64,000 nucleotides of DNA from Chiloscyllium plagiosum. Lineage: Eukaryota. The stretch lies in contig NC_057718.1 of assembly GCF_004010195.1 (NCBI RefSeq), positions 18,499,689-18,563,688 on the forward strand, in the 5' to 3' direction. The notes beneath the pieces are model-generated. The model was given only the letters and a program-made list of their open reading frames with translations. It did not search any database and was not told where the DNA came from. Positions 12,581-25,010 of the stretch are shown here, piece after piece (positions within the stretch are counted from its first letter, which is position 1; every line of letters begins with the position of its first letter). The position numbers and the translations under genes were made by a program.

Positions 12581-12832
12581 GGAAGGGGACATAAATTTAA
12601 GGTGAAGGGTGGAAGGTATAGGGGAGATGTCAGGGGTAGGTTCTTTACCCAGAGAGTGGTGGGGGCATGGAATGCGCTGCCTGTGGGAGTGGCAGAGTCA
12701 GAATCATTGGCGAACTTTAAGTGGCAATTGGATAGGTACATGGATGGGTGCTTAAGCTAGGACAAATGTTCGGCACAACATCGTGGGCCGAAGGGCCTGT
12801 TCTATGCTGTATTGTGCTATGTTCTATGTTCT
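12581..12832 (+). mobile_element. Young CR1 3' end with (TATGTTC)n tail
   Basis: RGHKFKVKGGRYRGDVRGRFFTQRVVGAWNALP, then GGGCCGAAGGGCCTGTTCT stem-loop and TATGTTCTATGTTC. Confidence 0.92.
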
Positions 12833-13572
12833 ACTGCAGCAGTTCGAAGACGCAGCTCACCACCATCTCCCAAGGGCAATTTGGGATAGTCCAGCCACTG
12901 AAACCCAGGTCCCCTGGATTAACAGAAAAAGGCTTAATATTTCAGAAAGAACCTGTGAACAGTTACCTTCTTACTTGAACTGTGAAACAAATTGGACATT
13001 TGAACAAACTACGTTTGCTTTCTTTATTTAAAGATACATTGTGTTCTTTGTTATCCAGAAATAACTTAATTAGTTTAGAAGAGAAATAATAACATGCGCT
13101 GTCTGTCAATAACAACCACCATGGGCTTTCAGCATCTTCATCTTATCATAGCTTTTCATTCACCCCTCGGCTATTTGCTATCTTTGACAAGGATAGCTGT
13201 GGCCTTTTGAAGTTTGGAAGAGCAGGTGCTTTTGGTCTATTCTGCAGGTTGTTACAGTATCCTTAAGTAGGGCTGCATCCACTTTCATGCTTAGCTCTGC
13301 TGCACACAGGAACTTTTGTCTCTTGCCCAGAATCCACAGCAACACTGACTTGTATTAATATACTGGCTTTTGTGTTGTCGAAAGGTGCAAGACACTTCAT
13401 GAGAGAGTTATTGGCAAACAACTGACTGAAATTGTATGGAGGATACCAGGAGGGGTGGCCTGAATCTTGGTCAAAAAGTAGGTTTTACGGAGCAGCTGAA
13501 AGGAGAAGTTTGATAAAGAGATGACAAAGGTTGGTTTTGTAATTCCAGAGAGTGAGGTCTAGATGGATTAAG

Positions 13573-13783
13573 TTAAAAATCACACAACACCAGGTTATAA
13601 TCCAACAGGTTTAATTGGAAGCACACTAGCTTTCGGAGCGATGTGCCTTCACAACCACCTGATGAAGGAGCGTCGCTCCGAAAGCTAGTGTGCTTCCAAT
13701 TAAACCTGTTGGACTATAACCTGGTGTTGTGTGATTTTTAACTTTGTACACCCCAGTCCAACACCGGCATCTCCAAATCATGA
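13573..13783. mobile_element. Head-to-head Penelope termini, family B
   Basis: About 80-bp inverted arms plus a tail of about 39 nt; 14-bp TSD CTAGATG(G/A)ATTAAG at 13559-13572 and 13784-13797 (1 mismatch). Confidence 0.9.
13656..13690 (+). ncRNA. Minimal type I hammerhead ribozyme motif (family B, intact core)
   Basis: CAC-CTGATGA-A-GGAGC GTC GCTCC-GAAAGCTA-GTG: stem I CAC/GTG, 5-bp stem II, palindromic AGCT stem III, CUA cleavage triplet. Confidence 0.82.
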
Positions 13784-14084
13784 CTAGATGAATTAAGGCA
13801 GAGTGGAGCTGAAAACCTGCAGGATTGTTAGTCAGCAGTTCAAGATTTGAAAGAGGTATGGCACACGGGGATTGAGAGTGCCAGAGGGAACAATACTAGG
13901 ATTAAGATTTGGAGTTGATAAGGAGGAAATGCCAACATCTGAAATGTATCAACCAGACAGTGAACTTGCAGGCACTGAACTCAAGTCTGAAGAATGTTAT
14001 GGGGTCCATATTGTGCTGTTTTCAGGTGCAAGTCCATGAAGAACTGACTTTAAACCAACACCTTCATGTCTTGAAGCCATTCTA

Positions 14085-14345
14085 AAGACTTTCACAGCCA
14101 GTGAAGGGCATTTGAAGGGCAGCATCATCTTAATGCAGGAAACACCTCACCCAATTGACAAACATTAAGGAGCAATAAAACATTGGTCAGATATTGATTG
14201 AAGGATAATCATTGGCCAGGAGTCCCCCTGTGCCTGCAAAAAATGGGAATTTTAAGTCCACACGAGAGGCCAAAAGGTGCTTTGGTTTCAAAGCCTATCT
14301 AAAAGCCCTGTGAAAATGCAGCACATCTTCAGAATTGCTGATTTT
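14085..14345 (-). mobile_element. Deu-type SINE fragment
   Basis: CTTTCACAGCCAGTGAAG...CATTGGCCAGG...AATGCAGCAC, the reverse of the family at 4460. Confidence 0.55.
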
Positions 14346-14719
14346 CGGTGAATGATGAAGTAAAATTCCATTTTTATGACATAGAATTCTGGGATGTTTA
14401 CCAATGTTTTGCATCGATCGCATTCCTCGGTTGCTTTGTTTATCAACAAGAGCTACTGATTTATAAGACTGAACCATTTAAACTTCACTTTTAATTCATG
14501 AGTGTCTAAAATTGCTCCTTGTTCAGAGGAATTGCTTTTCAGGATTCTGCTCTCAGTGAAAGCCTTAAATCAGTCAGCCTGGGTGATCCTTGATGAGAAA
14601 TAGTTTTAAAGAAATAGGCCATTTTACTGTTGCAGTCCACATTGTAAATATTCTGCCAAAGGTTCGGAAGTCTGCTTTTAGATTCAGTTTTACAATCACT
14701 CAGAACCTAAAGAAAATCA

Positions 14720-15420
14720 AATTCTTAACAGTAGAACAAACACATTTAAAATTAATGAATAGCGTGGTCCTTTATCTGTGCAATAGGCATTTATAGTATT
14801 TAAATTACATTTGAAAGTCAATTTTCTAATTAGCCCAATTTATATGTAAATTAATCTAATTAGCATTATTCATTAACGTCCTGTTACAGGGAACAAAACA
14901 TGGCCTCCAAGTAAGGAAAGATATTTCAAACTATCCGAGTTGTAGAAAAAGTTGGTTTTATAATTTAACTAATTTGTATATGTAAAGTTCACCCAATTAG
15001 CGTAACGTATTATTAAGCTAGATCTTGGGGCATAACAAATATACCCTCCAAGCAATCTAAAGATGGCTGTTTAGATTTTTAAATTATAGGGAGAAATCTT
15101 TTTGTTAATGAAGCCTCTGTCAATTATGTAAATTGGATTTTACTAGCATATTATTTTGATACATTATCCCTGTAATTTCCAGTGTTCCAAAATGGGGTTA
15201 CCTATTTGTAGTATACATGTTAAACTGAGAAACTTTACATCATAATTACTGAAAAATACAATTTATTGAAATTTCACTTTCTATTTCTCAGTTTACTTGT
15301 GCTTTAAGGTTAATATGGAATGTGGAATACGTTGATATTTAAAAACTGTTTCTATTCACGGTGTTTGGATACACAGTAATCTCAAACATAAGGACTTAAT
15401 CAATTTCAAGCAAAGCATAA
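14720..15420. promoter_or_regulatory. Candidate conserved non-coding element/enhancer
   Basis: No recognisable TE; TCTAATTAGC at 14825 and 14855, ATGTAAAT at 14844 and 15126, many TAAT/ATTA cores. Conservation not tested. Confidence 0.4.
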
Positions 15421-15739
15421 AGATCCAAGGTTGAATAGAGTTGCACCCAAAGCTGTTGCATTAGTGAGCTCATAACAGTGTTGAGGACAATTGGGTCTGA
15501 GACTTAAGTGAGTGGCTGGATCAAAGGTGTATCTCCTTAAATGATCAGATTTAACGATTGAGAAAAATAAAATTGGAAGCAGCTGAAGAAAAAGGGTAAA
15601 TTAGTTGGTTGGAAATCAGTGGCAACTCAGGTATGAAACGTGAGGAAAAGGGAGATTGGATGGTGAGAAGAGCGAAAAGAAAACAGGAAAGGGGATAAAA
15701 GGTTACAGAATATCTCAAGCACTTTTCCAGTCAGCACTC

Positions 15740-15990
15740 TTGCAATCTGTTTTGCCATGTTCATTGAGGGATGAACATTGGCCATGACACCAGAAACAAC
15801 CCCTCTGCTCTTCTTAACGCCATTGGATCTTTACTTTCATTTGAGCAGATGGGACCTTAACTTAATATCTCATCCAATAATGCAGCACTCAGTAAAAATC
15901 AGTGTTACACTTAGTTTTTGTGTTCAAGCTCTGGAGTGAGACTTAAACCTAAACTTTGTGACTCAGAGGAGAATGCTACTGACTGGAACA
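15740..15990 (-). mobile_element. Deu-type SINE 5' part
   Basis: CATTGGCCATGACACCAG...AATGCAGCACTC...TGTGACTCAGAGGAGAATGCTACT (reverse tRNA head). Confidence 0.6.
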
Positions 15991-16825
15991 TGGAAGCAAG
16001 GGAAAGATTAACATTTTAAATTTGTAATGTTTTAAATCTTTAAAAAGAATCGCTGCATGCAGGAATGAAATTCAACAGGTTAACTTGTTTCCTTTATGGA
16101 TCAGTGAGACTGATTGATATTACATTAACAATTAGTGCATTGTTAAAAGAGTTATTTAGTTGCTAATTATGAGCTCAAACTTTCCGTGGTGAGTTTAATG
16201 GCCAATTACTGTGCAAATCCAGAAAGTCATTAGGAAAAATAGGGAGGCTAAAAAGTGATGTTCATTTGTTTGTAACAATAAGGCAGCAAGGTGTGGAGAT
16301 TTGCCACTCATGCTGGCTTTATAGTTCCTAAGTTTCCTAGCTAATATATTATGCAATGTCTTCTCTCCTTGCGTCCTCCAGGTGTCTATTAGCTTCCCAT
16401 GCCTGTAGACAGTCCATTTCTGAGGCAGACAGCAGCATCATAGGTCCAGCAAGATCTTCCTCTGTTTAGAACATTCCTCCGTGCTAGAACATGCAAGCAA
16501 AACACATCTATAATTTAAGAAGCAGAATGATATGATAAACTAACAACTGACCTGTAAATATTAGTCATGAATCGTTGTCAGAACTCATGTTTCTGAATCA
16601 CAAGATGCTGCACTCAAGTCCTCCACCAGGGCTTGGGTACAAAATCAAGGTTGTTATTCCAGTGCAGTCATGAAAGAGTGTGCTGCAGTGTCGGGGTGTC
16701 CCATTTCAGGGGTGATGTTAAAACCTTTCATGAGAGTTGCAAAGTATACAGTAATAACTTGTATCATCTGATTTTAATACATACCACCATTACGATTTGA
16801 AATGGCTTTAAAAAAATGATTTTTT

Positions 16826-17131
16826 AGAATTAGAATCCCTACAGTGTGGAAACAGGCCCTTCAGCCCAAAAAGTCCACACCAACCTTCTGAACAGTATCC
16901 TACCCAGACCCTATGTTTTCCCCTGAACGATGCACCTCACCTACACATCCCTGAATAATATGGACAATTTAGCTTGGCCAATTCACTTAACATGCTTGGA
17001 TTGTGGGAGGAAACCCACACAGACACAGGGAGAATGTGCAAATTCCACACAGACAGTCACCCAAGGCTGGAATTGAACCCAGGTCTCTGGCACTATGAGG
17101 CAGCAGTGCTAACCACTGAGCCACCATGCCG
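16826..17131 (-). mobile_element. HE1/V-SINE
   Basis: Same head, V-domain and tail as 4951-5260. Confidence 0.9.
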
Positions 17132-17239
17132 TAACATGGATCTAAATCACCTGACCACAGATTGAGCCAAATTCATTAAACCAATTGAAACAAACAAGTC
17201 AGAGTCAAAATTAACATTGTATCAAAAGGCACTGAAACT

Positions 17240-17735
17240 TTTGATTTGATTTATTATTGTTACATGCATTGAGAAACTGAGAAGTATTTGTTTTGCTTGC
17301 TATCCAGATAAATCATACCTCACATAAGTACAACATAATAGAACAGAATGCAGGATATAGTGGTACAGCTGCAGAGAAAGATCAACTAATGCGCAAGATG
17401 TCTGTTCATAAGTCTGATAACAGCAGGGAAGAAGCTGTTCTTAAATCTGTTGGTATGTGTTTTTAAACTTTTGTATCTTTTGCCCAATGGAAGAGGGCGG
17501 TAGAGTATATAACTGGTGTGGGAGAGGTCTTTGATTATCTTAGCTGTTTTCCTGAGGTAGCAAAAAGTGCAGACAGAATCAAGAGAAGGCGGCTGGTTTT
17601 CGTAATGGACTGGGCTGCATTCACAACTCTGCAATTTCTTGTGGTCTTGGGCAGAGCAGTTGCCATACCAAGTTGTGATGCATTCAGATGGGATGCTTTC
17701 TATGGTCCATCTTTGAAAATCAGTAAGCAACTTAA
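17240..17735 (-). mobile_element. Rex1/Babar-type LINE 3' fragment
   Basis: TIESIPSECITTWYGN...PLPLGKRYKSLKTHTNRFKNSFFPAVIRLMN; homologous to 44115-44810. Confidence 0.8.
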
Positions 17736-18799
17736 TATTGCGTGAAAAAAACCTTCATTTCCTATTTTGATTTACAGCTTTTTAGAAATTTCACGTATTG
17801 GATAAGCTGCCCATAGAATATCCACTGTGAAAAAACACAAGCCAGTCATGGGAATCCCACAGCAGAATTGTAGTTTGAAGAAACAGCTTCTCAGCAGAGC
17901 AAAGAAGAAAAACTGTATGTCACAACTTTAGTCACTCTCACACAAAAACCCGAAAGTGCTGGAGGAACTCAAGCAGAGTTAATGTTTTGAGTCCAGTGAC
18001 CCTTCTTCCATAGGATCTCTCTCTCTCTGCCTCTTAGTTTCCTCAACCTCTCAAAAAAAAATGCCCCATGATAAAGCAATTAGGAGAAATATTTATTCAT
18101 CAAGAACCCACAGATATTTACCAATTTTGTCACTATTGAAGATATAAGAATCCATTAAACAATCATGGTTTCAGCTTAAAAATCACCTCAAGGGCTCTTG
18201 ACTTTATCTAAACTACATATTCTTGAGCTTCCTTTTGTACTAAATGTACATTAAATATTATGCGTGTGTGTGTGTACGTGGATGTTCAATGTAGTATTTT
18301 TTTGGAGTTAGGAAATAAAAAGATTCCTCTCTTTTTTCCCCTCAAGTAAACGTTGCAATTGGTTCTTCCATAACATCTCATACTGTGTTTTAATTGAGCT
18401 GTGAATTAGTTGCATGCTGAACATAATTTAATTTTTTTGCTTCAGCCACCTGAGGTGATTAGAAAGGATGAAGCTCACATGGTCATTGCATGGCATATCC
18501 CATCTGCTTGCTCAGGTGGCTACAGAAGATTCCTTATCACTATTTCAAAGAGGTGCAGGAGGGTAATCCTAGGAGGGTTATCCCAGGAGAATCTAGCCAA
18601 TATCCATCTCTCAATCAACATCACAAAAGCAAACAGATGATCTTATCGCAATGTTATCTACATTTATAAAAATGCTGTTGGAATACAGATGTTAAACTGT
18701 GATGCAAACACAACCAAAACAGAAGGATTACACGGTCCTTATAAATAGTACACGTGAGAGAGCCCTATCAGTTATTACCAAGTTGGTGCTGAGTGAAAC

Positions 18800-19455
18800 A
18801 AGGTCATGGTGGGGGAGTGACAAAGAGTATCCAAAAATCTTAGGATCTGAATTTAAAACCCGCCCTGGCAAATAGTGGAATTTAAATTCAATTGGTTCAA
18901 CCTTAGTGGTGGTGATAAAAAAAACTTTAAAGAAACTATTGATTACCTGGTTCACTGATATCTTTGAAGGAAGGAGAACTACCCTCCTTAAATGGTCTAG
19001 CCTACATGTTAACCCAGACTCAGCGCAAGTTGGTTGTCTCTTAACTTTTCTTACAGAGTCAAAAACTGTGGCTCTGGAAAAGCACAGCTGTTCATGCATC
19101 ATCTGAGGAGCAAGAGAGTTGTTTTTTTGAGCATAAGCTCTTCATCAGGAATTTGGGCGTGGGGGTCCCACATTCCTGATGAAGGACTCATGCTCAAAAC
19201 ATCGATTTTCCTGTTCCTCGGGTGATGCCTGACCAGCTGTGCTTTTCCAGCGCCACACTTTTTGACTCACTTTCTCCTCTTAATTGTCCTTTGTAATGCT
19301 TTAGAAAGCCACGTAGTTGCACCAATCCTCTACAGTCATGTTGAACTGGATGAACTGCTGTGATTCAAGGAGCTAATTGCCTACCGCCTTCCCATGGATA
19401 ATTGAGGATAGGTAACAAAGCCTGATGTTACCAGTGATGCCTGTCTCTCATGAAA
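18800..19455 (+). mobile_element. SINE family B containing a Penelope hairpin
   Basis: GTGGAATTTAAATTCAA, CTGGTTCACTGAT and GCCTACATGT motifs; continuous across 19053-19276. Confidence 0.6.
19053..19276. mobile_element. Head-to-head family A termini (older)
   Basis: Inverted arms with TTCATCAGGAAT and ATTCCTGATGAA; degenerate TSD (12/15 match) at 19038-19052 and 19277-19291. Confidence 0.8.
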
Positions 19456-20869
19456 GATTTCAGAGTGTTGGAAAATGGTGAATATGTCCTGCAAGCAGAC
19501 TGAACCTTAACCTCAATTAAATTACTCTGGGCTTGAAATGCTCCTGAGGTGGACTCCTACAGTTAACCCCTGCTCCTCTACAAATATGGCAGGTGGCGCA
19601 ATCTAGGCCATAAACCTGCACACGCCAGAAAAACCACTGCGTTCAGAGCAAGGAAGCTGAAGGCATTCCTTGGAGTTTTAAATCTTTACAAATAAAACAT
19701 TAATCAGGTTAAACATCCCCTCTTGGAATAAATCAATCGGTTAATGGAAAGTTACAGAACTGGAACTTGAAAGTTCTAAGGCCATGAAATGCAGGCTGAT
19801 GAGATGGAAATGTAAAATTGTTGCATTATGCTGCCACCACTGTCAGGAGGATGTAATTATAGTGTGACAATTTCTATTAAAAATCTATACAAAGGAATTT
19901 GCAATGGTGAAAAAAAATCTTGTGACAGTAAGAAATGCATAAAGGCACAAAGGTCAAAGGGTTCTGGTTTGGGCACAATTGACAATCTGGGCACAAACGC
20001 CTCTCCAAACATTGTTAATTTTCAAAATTTGAAGCTCTTCATAGATTTTTACTTAAATGTATTTTATTTAGTAAAATGTCAAATCCCATGAACCAGTGCA
20101 ATTATCTTTTGACATAATTCTTTTTAAAAATCCTGCATTGAAATGTTTAAAAATAATTCTTTGTAGCACTGTATCAGCACAGTGAAAAAACATTTTCTGT
20201 CACAAAAAAATACACATTTTTTAAATAGTGTGTTGTCTTCTGTTTGTGAATGAACTAATTTTAAATCATTGAATGTAACTTTAAGAAACCATAGGGAACT
20301 ATTTATTGGTATAATTCGTAGAACAGTCAGTTCTGAGTAAATTAAATACTTTTAATATTTACAATTGTTAATATTTAGAAGTTTTTAAATGGTAATTTGT
20401 CTCCAGGCATAAAGAAAAGCTTGTTTCCATAAGGGTTGCAGCATATATTTTCAAATACTTGCATCCTCTATCTACCTCAAAAGTTGGCTTCCAAAATAAC
20501 CTGAAGGTAGGCACAGTGACACTGAACCTCATTGTATAGCTCCTTATGAAACAGTTTGGTACAATAGCCAGCTCCAAAAGCTGTCCAAAGTCCTTCAAAC
20601 CTGGGTCAGGGAAATTATCAAACCATTTCTTAGATCAGATGATTCAGAATCCACCTTGGGAAAGGGAGAACTGTATGATGAAGACTAGCTGTGGTATATA
20701 CACATGCCAACAACCATCTCCAGCAAGTTCATCTATTCTGTTAACATCTGTTATGCCACACAAAATCCATCCTTCTGCACCTTGGACCAGATAGTTCAAG
20801 TTCATGGACTACTGCACAACATGGTATTTCATGTAGAATCTCTCTAAAACTATACACAGTGTCTGTCAT

Positions 20870-21072
20870 ATAAATGGCTAGTTTGCAGTGCATAGTGACT
20901 CCAATAATGTGGCTTCAATTCTTGCACTAGCTGAGCTGACAGTGAAGGACTGATCTTCACAATCTGTCCCCTCACCTGAGAACTGAACAGTCTCATGTTA
21001 AACCACCCCAAGTCATCTCTCTATAATGACAGAGCAGTCTAAGATCTGGTAAGACTATGGTGACTTGATCTT
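20870..21072 (+). mobile_element. tRNA-derived SINE, family C (core CCCCTCNCCTGAG...ACCACC)
   Basis: Homologous to 63592-63775 and 32683-32790. Confidence 0.6.
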
Positions 21073-21170
21073 TGCCTTGATAATGGTTCTAATAATCAAA
21101 AGTAGTTCAGCCAGGGACTGACTTATTCTGTTTTAATTAAAACACTAAAGTACATTATAGTTAAGATGCA

Positions 21171-21298
21171 AGGAGGAGAAAGTGAGGACTGCAGATGCTG
21201 GAGATCAGAGCTTAAAAATGTGTTGCTGGAAAAGCACAGCAGATCAGGCAGCATCAAAGGAACAGGAGAATCGATGTTTCGGGCATAAGCCCTTCTTC
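21171..21298 (-). mobile_element. Family A Penelope terminus, single tailed arm
   Basis: Minus strand starts at CTGAAGAAGGGCTTATGCCCGAAAC and ends CCTCACTTTCTCCT; 12-bp TSD AGTTAAGATGCA at 21159-21170 and 21299-21310. Confidence 0.92.
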
Positions 21299-21758
21299 AG
21301 TTAAGATGCAGCTATACAGCACACCAACTTTTGTTTCCTTGTGTACTTGCAAACCCCAATCAGGCTATTGGCAGAGTTACAACATTATATACACACACTG
21401 CATGCAGTCCTTAAAGGTTAATTCTCTTAAAGACATGGTACACATACAACTGCTTCCTTCTTTCAAAAATAAGTTTTACTAATCACAATTATAAGTGAAC
21501 CTATGAAGCTCTATAACGAATGTATATGTAATTTGGTGAAATATCCAGATCTTGTAGTGGTGACATTATCTGGAGATGTTATGAGATTTTATTTTAATGG
21601 ACTGTGATTCCTGTTCTAGAGTTTGCATAACCTAATGCACTGCACAGCTAAATGTGAGGGATGAGGTGACAGTGACAGCCCTTGCCATTAAGACTTCACT
21701 AAAAGTTGAAGTTCTAAATTGGAGGAAGGCCAATTTTGACGGTATTAGGCAAGAATTT

Positions 21759-22075
21759 GGGCAGCACGGTGGCATAGTGGTTAGCACTACTGCCTCACAG
21801 TGCCAGAGACCCGGATTCAATTCCCGCCTCAGGCAACTGACTGTGTGGAGATTGTACATTCTCCCCGTTTCTGCGTGGGTTTCCTCTGGGTGCTCCGGTT
21901 TCCTCCCACAGTCCAAAAATGTGCAGGTTAGGTGAATTAGCCATGCTAAATTGCCCGTAGTGTTAGGTGAAGGGGTAAATGTAGGGGAATGGGTCTGGTT
22001 GGGTTGCGCTTCGGCGGGTCAGTGTGGACTTGTTGGGCCGAAGGGACCGTTTCCACACTGTAAGTAATCTAATCA
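21759..22075 (+). mobile_element. HE1/V-SINE, full length, inside CR1
   Basis: GGGCAGCACGGTGGCATAGTGG (A box), GGATTCAATTCC (B box), V-domain, tail TAATCTAATC. Confidence 0.93.
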
Positions 22076-22471
22076 AAAAAAAACTTTAGAAAGCTGATTG
22101 GGGGCAGATGTTCACAGGTAAAGGGACGGCTGGAAAATGCGAAGCCTTCAGAAATGAGATCACGAGAATCCAGAGAAAGTATATTCCTGTTAGGGTGAAA
22201 GGAAAGGCTGGTAGGTATAGGGAATGCTGGATGACTAAAGAAATTGAGGGATTGGTTAAGAAAAAGAAGGAAGCATACGTAAGGTATAGACAGGATAGAT
22301 CGAGTGAATCCTTAGAAAAGTATAAATGAAGTAGGAGTATACTTAAGAGGGAAATCAAGAGGGCAAAACAGGGACATGAGATAGCTTTGGCAAATAGAAT
22401 TAAGGAGAATCCAAAGAGTTTTTACAAATATATTAAGGACAAAAGGGTAACTAGGGAGAGAATAGGACCCC

Positions 22472-22552
22472 GAGGAGAAAGTGAGGTCTGCAGACGCTGG
22501 AGATCAAAGCTGAAACTTTATTGCTGGAACAGCACAGCAGGTCAGGCAGCAT
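22472..22552 (-). mobile_element. Family A terminus, 81 bp, truncated before the ribozyme
   Basis: Perfect 15-bp TSD AGAGAATAGGACCCC at 22457-22471 and 22553-22567. Confidence 0.92.
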
Positions 22553-24103
22553 AGAGAATAGGACCCCTCAAAGATCAGCATGGCGGACTTTGTGTGGAGC
22601 TGCAGAAAATGGGGAAGATACTAAATGAGTATTTTGCATCAGTATTTACTGTGGAAAAGGATATGGAAGATATAGACTGTAGGGAAATAGATGGTGGCAT
22701 CTTGAAAAATGTCCATATTACAGAGGAGGAAGTGCTGGATGTCTTGAAAAGCATAAAGGTGGATAGATCCCCAGGACCTGATCAGGTGTACCCTAGAACT
22801 CTGTGGGAAGCTGATTGCTGGGCCTCTTGCTGAGATATTTGTATCATCGATAGTCACGGGAGTAGTGCTGGAAGACTGGGGGTTGGCTAACGTGGTGCCA
22901 CTGTTTAAGAAGGGTGGTAAAGACAAGCTGGGGAACTATAGATCAGTGAGTCTGATGTCAGTGGTGGGCAAGTTGTTGGAGGGAATCCTGAGGGACAGGA
23001 TGTACATGTATTTGGAAAGGCAAGGACTGATTAGGGATTGTCAACATGGGACTATCGTGCGTGGGAAATCATGTCTCACAAACTTGATTGAGTTTTTTGA
23101 TGAAGTAACAAAGAGGATTGATGCGGACAGAGCGGCAGATGTGATCTATATTGACTTCCGAAAGGCGTTCGACAAGGTTCCCCATGGGAGGCTGATTAGC
23201 AAGGTTAGATCTCATGGAATACAGGGAGAACTAGCCATTTGGCTCAAAGGTAGAAGACAGACGGTGGTGGTGGAGGGGTGTTTTTCAAACTGGAGGCCTG
23301 TGACCAGTGGAGTGCCACAAGGATCGGCGCTGGGTCTCCGACTTTTTGTCATTTACATAAATGATTTGGATGCAAGCATAAGAGGTACAGTTAGTAAGTT
23401 TGAACAAAGAGACCTTGGAGTGCAGGTTCATAGCTCCTTGTAAGTGGAGTCACAGGTAGATAGGATAGTGAAGAAGGCGTTTGGTATGCTTTCCTTTACT
23501 GGTCAGAGTATTGAGTACAGGAGTTGGGAGGTCATGTTGCGATTGTACAGGGCATTGGTTAGGCCACTGTTGGAATATTGCATGCAATTTTGGTCTCCTT
23601 CTATCGGAAAGATGTTGTGAAATATGAAAGAGTTCAGAAACGATTTACAAGGATGTTGGAGGATCTGAGCTATAGGGAGAGGTTGAACAGGCTGGGGCTG
23701 TTTTCTCTGAAGCGTTGGAGGCTGAGGGGTGACCTTATAGATGTTTATAAAATTATGAGGGGCATGGATAGGGTAAATAAACAAAGTATTTTCCCTGGGG
23801 TCAGGGAGTTCAGAACTAGAGAGCCTAGGTTTATGGTGAGAGGGGAAAGATCTAAAAGAGATCTAAGGGGCAACATTTTCACACAGAGGGTGGTACGGAA
23901 TGAGCTGCCAGAGGAAGTGGTGGAGGCTGGTGCAATTGCAACATTTTAGAGGCATCTGGATGGGTATATGAATAGGAAGGGTTTGGAGGGATATGTACCG
24001 GGTGCTGGCAGGTGGGACTAGATTGGGTTGGGATATCTGGTTGGCATGGACGCGTTGGACTGAAGGGTCTGTTTCCATGCTGTACATCTCTATGACTCTA
24101 TGA

Positions 24104-25010
24104 CTTGACCGAGTGTTGCATCAAGGAGCCCTAGCAAATCTGGAGTCAATGGATATCAGGGAAAAATCTATGATGTTTGGAGCCATACCTGATGTGTAGG
24201 AAGATGGCTGTGGTTGTTGGACATCGGTCATCTCAGCTTCAGGACATCTCTCAGGAGGTCTTCAGGGTAATATCTGCAGGCTAACATCTTCAGCTACTTC
24301 ATGGATGATCTTGCCACCATTATTATGTCAGACATAGGGATGTTCACCAATGATTGCATAATATTCAGCACCATTCTTGACTCCTCATTACAGAAACATG
24401 CCTAAATACAACAAGATCTTGGCAATATTCAGTTTTGTACTGAGAAATGGCAAATGACATTCAGGCCACGCAATAGATGGTGAATGGTCATTTCCAATAA
24501 TACAATCTAATCAGCGCTCCTTATAGTCAGTGGTAATGGCATCACTGAAACCCCCACTATCAACATCCTGGAGGTTATCATTGACCAGAAACTGAATTGG
24601 ACTTGCCATATAAATACAATGGCTATAAAAGCCAATCAGAGACGAGGAATTCTGCGGTGAGTAACTCACCTCCTGACTCCCTAAAGCTTGTCTACTATCT
24701 ACAAGACACAAATCAGGAGTGTGATGGAACACTCCCCACCTGCTTGGATGGATGCAGATCCAACATTCAAGAAACTTGACACCATCCAGGACAATGTAGC
24801 TCACTTGATTGCCACCACATCCATAAGCCTTCACTCTCTCCATCACTGATGTTCATTAGTAGCAGTTTGTACTTACTACAAGATGCACTGCTGAAAATCA
24901 CCAGAGATTCTTAGACAGCACCTTCCAAACCCCCAACCACTTTCATCTAGAAGGACAAGGACAGCAGATACATGGGAACACCACTGCCTGCAATTTCTCC
25001 TCCAAGCCCT
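24104..25010 (+). mobile_element. Old CR1-group LINE RT/3' fragment (5' piece at about 21640-21699)
   Basis: 21680 GCCCTTGCCATTAAG joins 24104 TTGACCGAGTGTTGCATCAAGG (degenerate LDIKAAFDRVWH motif). Confidence 0.75.

Larger units (their letters stand above)
21700..24103 (+). mobile_element. CR1 LINE, 5'-truncated, decayed ORF2, (CTATGACT)n tail
   Basis: [31 protein letters not shown] and SGVPQGS motifs; internal deletion just after VSKF; tail CTCTATGACTCTATGAC. Confidence 0.95.

Noticed and set aside
14720..15420. Identification as a specific known enhancer such as the Shh ZRS
   Set aside because: It does not match the ZRS sequence as I recall it; no named identity can be supported without alignment.
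16360..17925. Acceptor-like sites at 16381 and near 17778 as coding exons
   Set aside because: All three frames stop within about 30 codons and no peptide is recognisable.
21759..21835. tRNA genes at SINE heads (also 5190-5260, 45930-46003, 63592-63660)
   Set aside because: A/B boxes run straight into SINE bodies; no complete cloverleaf or terminator.
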